A stretch of DNA of 53,838 nt, from contig CAZKUN010000018.1 of NCBI GenBank assembly GCA_964555935.1, positions 1 to 53,838 on the forward strand, given 5' to 3'. How positions within the stretch are numbered: the first letter of the stretch is position 1; each line of letters starts with the position of its first letter. This DNA is from an uncultured Armatimonadia bacterium. Its GTDB lineage: Bacteria; Armatimonadota; Zipacnadia; Zipacnadales; VGFC01. The translations under genes and the position numbers were made by a program. The notes beneath the pieces were generated by a model. It had not been told where the DNA came from, made no database searches, and saw only the letters and a list, made by a program, of their open reading frames with translations. Below are positions 48,518-53,838 of this stretch, in pieces.

Positions 48518-49741
48518 ATGGGACATACCATCTGCATGATCGGCGCGTTCGACACAAAGGGCGACGAGTACGCGTTCCTGCGCGAGCAGATCATCTCGCA
48601 CGGGCACGAGGTGTTGGCGGTCAACGTCGGGGTGATGGGCACGACGGATCTCTTCCCGGTGGAGATCGAGGCCGACGAACTCTCCGCGGCAAGCGGCGTC
48701 GACCTCGATGACTTGCGCGCCGCGGGCGACCGTGGCGAGGCGATGAGGGTCATGACGACGAGCGCGCCGATCATCGCGCGGAGACTGTATGAGGCGGGGC
48801 GGATCGACGGGATCATCGGCATGGGCGGGACCGGCGGATCCACTGTCGTGACGTCCGCCATGCGCGCGCTCCCAGTCGGCTTCCCGAAAGTCTGCGTCTC
48901 AACCGCCGCCTCCGGTGACACGTCGCCTTATGTCGGCACGAAAGACGTCACCATGATCCCCTCGATCGTCGACGTCGCCGGCATCAACCGCGTGAGCCGG
49001 ATCATCTTTGCCCGGGCAGCGGGCGCGATCTCGGGAATGGTCTCGGTGCAGCCGCCGCCGGATGCCGATGACAAACCCATCATCGCCGCCAGCATGTTTG
49101 GGAACACGACCGAGTGCGTCGACGCCTGCGTTGACGCGCTGAGCGCGCATGGGTACGAGGTCCTCGTCTTCCACGCGACGGGCACGGGTGGGAAAATCCT
49201 GGAGAGTCTCGTGCGCGAGGGACTGGTGGACGCCGTGCTCGACATCACCACGACGGAGTGGGCCGACACGGTCTGCGGGGGCGTCTTCGATGCGGGCGAG
49301 GACCGCCTGAGCGCGCCGGGCGAGATGGGCGTCCCCCATCTCATAGCCCCAGGATGCGTCGACATGGTGAACTTCGGCCCTATCGACACGGTCCCCACTG
49401 CCTACCGGGACGGAGGCCGAAACCTCTACGAGTGGAACCCATCGGTCACGCTCATGCGCACGGACCTCGATGAGAACCGGCGCATGGGTGAGGCCTTCGC
49501 CGAGAAAGCCAACGCCGCGACGGGGCCGGTGGCATTTCTCATCCCCTTGAGGGGCGTCTCGATCCTGGATGGCGATGGCGAGCAGTTCTGCGACCGCGAA
49601 GCCGATCAGGCGATGTTTGACGCCATCAAGGCCAACCTCAATCCTGGGATTGAAGTCGTGGAGCTGGACTGCAACATCAACGACGCGGAGTTCTCGAGCA
49701 AGGCCGTTGAGATGATGCTCGATCTGATCGCGCGCAAGTGA
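48518..49741 (+). CDS. Tm-1-like ATP-binding domain protein (UPF0261), 407 aa
   Basis: GGAGG RBS; IGAFDTKGDE, MRALPVGFPK, SIVDVAGIN, SMFGNTT, VFHATGTGG, DITTTE, DMVNFG, VTLMRT, NINDAEF. Confidence 0.92.
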   Translation: MGHTICMIGAFDTKGDEYAFLREQIISHGHEVLAVNVGVMGTTDLFPVEIEADELSAASGVDLDDLRAAGDRGEAMRVMTTSAPIIARRLYEAGRIDGIIGMGGTGGSTVVTSAMRALPVGFPKVCVSTAASGDTSPYVGTKDVTMIPSIVDVAGINRVSRIIFARAAGAISGMVSVQPPPDADDKPIIAASMFGNTTECVDACVDALSAHGYEVLVFHATGTGGKILESLVREGLVDAVLDITTTEWADTVCGGVFDAGEDRLSAPGEMGVPHLIAPGCVDMVNFGPIDTVPTAYRDGGRNLYEWNPSVTLMRTDLDENRRMGEAFAEKANAATGPVAFLIPLRGVSILDGDGEQFCDREADQAMFDAIKANLNPGIEVVELDCNINDAEFSSKAVEMMLDLIARK

Positions 49742-49750
49742 GGTGCGGGC

Positions 49751-50170
49751 ATGAGTGACGAGAAGCTGATCTTCGTCGAGGAAGCCGACGTCGAGACCCA
49801 GGTTTTCGACTGGGGGCGACTGAGCTGGGTGAGCGAGCCGCGAGTGACGGCGGCTGAGAAGTTCAGCGCGGGCGTGGTGAAGCTTGCGCCCGGCAAGGGC
49901 CATGACAGCCACAACCATCCCGGCGTTGAGGAGATCCTCTACGTGGTGAGCGGGCACGGGCATCAGGTGGTCGATGCCGCCGACGGGCGTCAGGAGCGCG
50001 AGATCGGCCCGGGAGTCCTCGTGCACATCCCTCCTGACATCTTCCACTCCACCGTCAATACGGGCGATGAGGACATGGTGCTGCTCGCCGTCTACGCGCC
50101 GCCGGGCCCGGAGGCCGAGCTGCGCGCGATGGATGGCGTTGAGATCGAACCTCCAGAACGGGCGAGGTGA
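49751..50170 (+). CDS. Cupin domain protein, 139 aa
   Basis: GAGGTG RBS; cupin motifs HDSHNHPGVEEILYVVSG and HIPPDIFHSTVNTG. Confidence 0.92.
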   Translation: MSDEKLIFVEEADVETQVFDWGRLSWVSEPRVTAAEKFSAGVVKLAPGKGHDSHNHPGVEEILYVVSGHGHQVVDAADGRQEREIGPGVLVHIPPDIFHSTVNTGDEDMVLLAVYAPPGPEAELRAMDGVEIEPPERAR

Positions 50171-50175
50171 ATGGC

Positions 50176-50958
50176 ATGAGCATGAAGGATGTCGGTTGGG
50201 TCTGGGAAGGTCAGGGCCTTGATCCGGGCGTCGATCCATCGATCTTCGGCGTGGGCGAGGGTTGCCAGTACTTCGGCCTGAGCCGCGCGATCTACATCTT
50301 CCACCCGACGACCGAGCTTGCCATGCGCAAGCTCTCGTGGTGTGACGAGGTGTTGTGCGACATCAGCAAGTGGAAGTGGAAGCGGACCGACGATGGCGGA
50401 TGCGCGCATTGGGTCGATGCGACGGCCGAGTCGATCCGCAATGAGGCGACTCTTGTCGGCGAGCTGTCGACGACCTTTCCGAACATGTCCGGCGCGTTCC
50501 ATGACGACATGCTTGGCCTCGCCCGGCGCGAGAGCGTGACGCCTGATGAGTACGCCGAGGTATACGGAGCGCTGAAGAGCCAGAACCCGGATCTCGATCT
50601 GTGGGTCGTCGTCTACGCGCACGAACTCGCCGCCGACGAGTGGGCGGCGTTCGGCCAGTACATGGACGTCATCAATCTGTGGGTCTGGGAAGCGAAGGAC
50701 CTACCAAATCTGGATGAGTACATCGACCGCGCGCGGGCCCTCTTCCCAGGCAAGCCGCTCAACCTGGGGTGCTACCTGCGGGATTACCCGACCGTCGCGC
50801 CCGTGCCGATGGACATGGTGAAGTTGCAGTGGGAGACGTTGCTCAGGCACCTCGAAGCCGGCACCGTGGATAGCTACTCGATCCTCGCCGCCGTCCTCAT
50901 CGAGGGTCAGGAAGAGCAGGCGAACTGGGTCCGGGATTTCATCGCGGCGAACAGCTAG
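50176..50958 (+). CDS. Hypothetical protein, ~260 aa, possibly TIM-barrel-like
   Basis: Coupled to the cupin gene (alternative GTG start 50167); GAFHDDM, LWVVVYAHEL, DVINLWVW, GCYLRDY. Confidence 0.75.
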   Translation: MSMKDVGWVWEGQGLDPGVDPSIFGVGEGCQYFGLSRAIYIFHPTTELAMRKLSWCDEVLCDISKWKWKRTDDGGCAHWVDATAESIRNEATLVGELSTTFPNMSGAFHDDMLGLARRESVTPDEYAEVYGALKSQNPDLDLWVVVYAHELAADEWAAFGQYMDVINLWVWEAKDLPNLDEYIDRARALFPGKPLNLGCYLRDYPTVAPVPMDMVKLQWETLLRHLEAGTVDSYSILAAVLIEGQEEQANWVRDFIAANS

Positions 50959-51572
50959 CGTGGCTTGCTGCTTGAGGTCTGCTGCATCTGCAGGCCCTGT
51001 TCCGGATACAGGACAGGATCGTCGATCAGCCACCGCCCGTCGATCTTCCTTAAGGCGACCGGCTGGATACTCGCCTGCAGCATCGCGCCGGGCGGGTGGT
51101 CCTCCATCGACAGGTCGGCGTAGACCTGCACGGAGGCCTCCGTCTCGCCGATCTCTCCGATCCGTACCACGATGTCTCTACCCCGGTCGTCACACCACAA
51201 GCTCTGGTTGCTTTTCCCGTAGACCTCGAAGACCTCATCCGTCTCGAACCACGGCGCGACCTGTTCGCGTGCGTCGGCGGTGTAGAGCCCGAGGCAGGCC
51301 GCCGCATCCTCAGACAGGCAGGCCTCGCGAAAGGTCTGGATGGCTTCGCGGATGCCCTCGGCCTCCGGATCTTCCTCTGCCTCCACCTCGGCATCGATCT
51401 TCGTGCCCGGCTTGATGGCGCTGACGGCGCGGAGTTCCTCGTCGGGAATGGGGGTGAGGGCTCTCTGCTGCGACTGCTGCTGCCGTGCGGGCGGCTCGGA
51501 GACGATCGGTCGGTTACATCCACAGAGGCATGCGGTCAGCAGAACCAATCCCGCGCACGTGATCAATCGCAT
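50955..51572 (-). CDS. Putative lipoprotein with NTF2-like C-terminal domain, 205 aa
   Basis: GAGGAGG RBS; lipobox LCGC; helix followed by strands ending LRKIDGRWLID. Confidence 0.7.
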   Translation of the reverse strand: MRLITCAGLVLLTACLCGCNRPIVSEPPARQQQSQQRALTPIPDEELRAVSAIKPGTKIDAEVEAEEDPEAEGIREAIQTFREACLSEDAAACLGLYTADAREQVAPWFETDEVFEVYGKSNQSLWCDDRGRDIVVRIGEIGETEASVQVYADLSMEDHPPGAMLQASIQPVALRKIDGRWLIDDPVLYPEQGLQMQQTSSSKPR

Positions 51573-52297
51573 CTTCGTTCCTCCTCATGTCGGCAGACGT
51601 AAAGCAAACGGCCGGGGCGTTCGCCCGGCGGCTCGAGCGTGTCTCCGTCGTACTTCGTGAAGGACAACCCAAGGTCATCTAGCATCGCTTCGATCTCCTC
51701 GGCTCGGTAGCCCCGCTCGACGTGCTCCTCCTCGAACTGACAGCAGGCCCCCCCATCCCGGACGGTGCCCGAGATGAGCCCGCGGCCGAGGGCTGTCGTG
51801 GCGTCGAAACTCATCTCAATGGTCAGCGTGTGGTGGACGTCATCGATGGCCTGCGTGCGCTGCCACGCATCCTCGAGGCCCTCGTATGTATTCACGTCGA
51901 AGACGAGGCTGCCTCGCTCGGCCAGGTGGGTGTCCAAGCCGGCGAGGGCGAGCGCCAGGTCGGGCGGATCTGTGAGGTAGTTGAGACTGTCGAACATGCA
52001 CGTGACGACGTCGAACCGACGACCGAGACTGAACGTGCGAACATCAGCATGGTGAAGCTCGGCTTGAGGAGCATTCTCGCGGGCGAAAGCGAGTTGGTGG
52101 TGCGAGAGGTCAAAGCCCGACGCCTCGTATCCCGCCTCACAGACCTTCGCGAGCAGCGCCCCCGCGCCGCAGCAGGCGTCCAACCACGTGCGAGCCTCGG
52201 GATGCGCCACGTGCCGGACGAACGCCCAGACGTGGTCGGAGTAGAACGCCCAGTCGCGGTTGTAGACGCGGGCGAAGCCTTCGCCGTAGATGCTCAT
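51563..52297 (-). CDS. Class I SAM-dependent methyltransferase, 244 aa
   Basis: ATGA overlap with the upstream gene; LDACCGAG, FDVVTCMFDSLNYL, LVFDVNT, EEHVERGY. Confidence 0.9.
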   Translation of the reverse strand: MSIYGEGFARVYNRDWAFYSDHVWAFVRHVAHPEARTWLDACCGAGALLAKVCEAGYEASGFDLSHHQLAFARENAPQAELHHADVRTFSLGRRFDVVTCMFDSLNYLTDPPDLALALAGLDTHLAERGSLVFDVNTYEGLEDAWQRTQAIDDVHHTLTIEMSFDATTALGRGLISGTVRDGGACCQFEEEHVERGYRAEEIEAMLDDLGLSFTKYDGDTLEPPGERPGRLLYVCRHEEERRCD

Positions 52298-53310
52298 CGC
52301 GCCCAAGGAGGCGGATCACCAGCAGCGATGAACGCCCTGCTCGCCGCCTCCTGGTACTTCGGATCGAGGCCGATCGCCTCGTTCGAGCCGTAGTAACCCG
52401 GGATGTAGCCCCCGCCCTGGGCCGCGAGCTTGTCGATGTATTCGCGGGCCGCGGCTTCGATGGTGGGGATGTCCTGGGTTTGGAGCGTGGACTGGATATC
52501 GACAGGCCCATAGAAGTGCATCTTCCCGCCAAATTCCTCAGCCAGGAAGTCGATGCCATGCAACTCGGGCTGATCGAACTGGCAGACGTTGATACCCACC
52601 TCAAGCCAGTCGCCGATCACGTCCTTCACGTACCCGCATGAGTGGAACCACACCGGCAGCCCACGCGAGTGAGCCGCGTCGCACAGGCGCTTGAAGATAG
52701 GCTTGAAGATCTCTCGGAACGATTTCGGGCTGACGAGAAGGCGGTCTTGGGTGCCCCAGTCCTCTCCCGACATTATGCCATCGACGCCGGCATCGGCCAT
52801 GCCGATGATTTCGGCCTCGCAGACGTCGGCGACGCGGTCGAGCAGGTCACGGACCTTATCCGGACAGAGCGCGACGTCAGCGAGGAAGTTCTCCATGCGG
52901 CGGAGGTAGCGGGCCGCGTTGAACGGCCAGTTGGCGCTACCGAGGACATAGTAGCCCTCTTCATGGAGTTGCTTGGTCTGGTCCTTGGTATTCTCGTAGA
53001 GCGATGGGTCGTCGGCTTGCGGGAATTCGTATTCGTCGAGCTGGGACCAGTCGTCCTCGATGACGCCGCGGGTCACCTCGCCCTTGGTGATGTCCTCGAG
53101 CCGCCCCCACGTGTTGCCCCAATCATCGATCATGTCCCACGTGCCGTCGGGCTTCTGCTCCCACCCGCGGCTGCGTGAGTTCTTCGCGCGCCCCCGCCCA
53201 ACCGTGCGCAGGTCGCAAGGGAATTGGCCGCCCATGCCCCATGGAACGCGAGGCGGACCGGCGAAATCGAGACTCATCTTGACGATGTTGCGAGGTGTCA
53301 TCTCGGGCAT
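52294..53310 (-). CDS. Uroporphyrinogen decarboxylase-like (URO-D/MtaA superfamily) protein, 338 aa
   Basis: GGAGGGG RBS; DDWGNTW, EDWGTQDRLLVSP, FHSCG, GPVDIQ, GGGYI. Confidence 0.9.
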   Translation of the reverse strand: MPEMTPRNIVKMSLDFAGPPRVPWGMGGQFPCDLRTVGRGRAKNSRSRGWEQKPDGTWDMIDDWGNTWGRLEDITKGEVTRGVIEDDWSQLDEYEFPQADDPSLYENTKDQTKQLHEEGYYVLGSANWPFNAARYLRRMENFLADVALCPDKVRDLLDRVADVCEAEIIGMADAGVDGIMSGEDWGTQDRLLVSPKSFREIFKPIFKRLCDAAHSRGLPVWFHSCGYVKDVIGDWLEVGINVCQFDQPELHGIDFLAEEFGGKMHFYGPVDIQSTLQTQDIPTIEAAAREYIDKLAAQGGGYIPGYYGSNEAIGLDPKYQEAASRAFIAAGDPPPWAR

Positions 53311-53331
53311 GTGTCCCCTCCGGTGATCGCG

Positions 53332-53838
53332 CTACGCGAGCGCAAACTTCAACGTCCATGCGTGGTCGCACGGAGCGACTGCGGGCATTGTCACGGTGCG
53401 GCCTGAGCAACTCAACGGCGCCGATGCGCCGAGCAGCGCAACCTCGGAGGCGGGCGCCATGGGCAGGTCGATCGCTCCGGGCATGGTCTCCCCCTCGTCG
53501 GCGAGGTAGATGGCGTAAGCGTCGCCGCCGCGCTGAGTGAAGCGCAGCTTCCCTTCTGCATACGGCGCAAGAGGGCGGCTGCCGTGGATGGCCTCCGCGC
53601 TAATCTCCATCCAATCACCGATCTCCCTCATCCGGGAAAGAGCTTCCGCGGGCAACGTTCCTTGCGGTGAGGGACCGACGTTGAGCAGCAGGTTGCCGCC
53701 CTTCGCGACGACGCCGACGAGCAGGTGGATCAGGTCGCGGGTCGACTTGTAGCGATCGTCGGGCTTGTACGACCACTGGTCCCCCATCGTGATGCAGCTC
53801 TCCCACGGCGTGTCGAGAATCGGGTCGTCCGGCACTTC
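53332..53838 (-). CDS. C-terminal part of a second alpha-L-fucosidase (GH29); start lies beyond the window
   Basis: PWESCITMGDQWSY, VVAKGGNLLLNVGP, EAIHGSRP. Confidence 0.92.
   Translation of the reverse strand, partial: EVPDDPILDTPWESCITMGDQWSYKPDDRYKSTRDLIHLLVGVVAKGGNLLLNVGPSPQGTLPAEALSRMREIGDWMEISAEAIHGSRPLAPYAEGKLRFTQRGGDAYAIYLADEGETMPGAIDLPMAPASEVALLGASAPLSCSGRTVTMPAVAPCDHAWTLKFALA

Overview
High-GC bacterial DNA. The gene content (many secreted glycoside-hydrolase-like proteins, a Tat sulfatase, URO-D-like proteins, a PQQ-propeller/methyltransferase fusion, a HEAT-repeat + Gfo/Idh/MocA pair) suggests, by inference only, a polysaccharide-degrading lineage such as Armatimonadota or the PVC group. 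Most of the window (11.2-26.5 kb and 35.4-53.8 kb) is intact carbohydrate-use and metabolic genes. Two parts stand out. (1) An accessory patch at about 3.4-11.0 kb holds a glycosylation operon collapsed by several internal deletions, two orphan gene fragments, and a ~1118-aa HD-phosphohydrolase + Hsp90-like (GHKL) ATPase protein of the putative conflict/anti-phage type. That gene is broken by two G8 tracts in the same codon register, each needing a -1 shift, and is the best candidate for an undescribed, possibly phase-variable system; homopolymer sequencing error or simple decay are not excluded. (2) A hybrid kinase - LuxR regulator - giant DUF2339 membrane protein module (26.8-35.3 kb) in which the kinase has a 1-nt insertion and the membrane protein has an in-frame UGA exactly at a repeat-conserved Trp. 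Intergenic spaces carry several REP-like palindrome families, including a perfect 30-bp REPIN-like doublet. I saw no rRNA, tRNA, CRISPR array, integrase or transposase. All product calls are from motif recognition by eye, not database searches.
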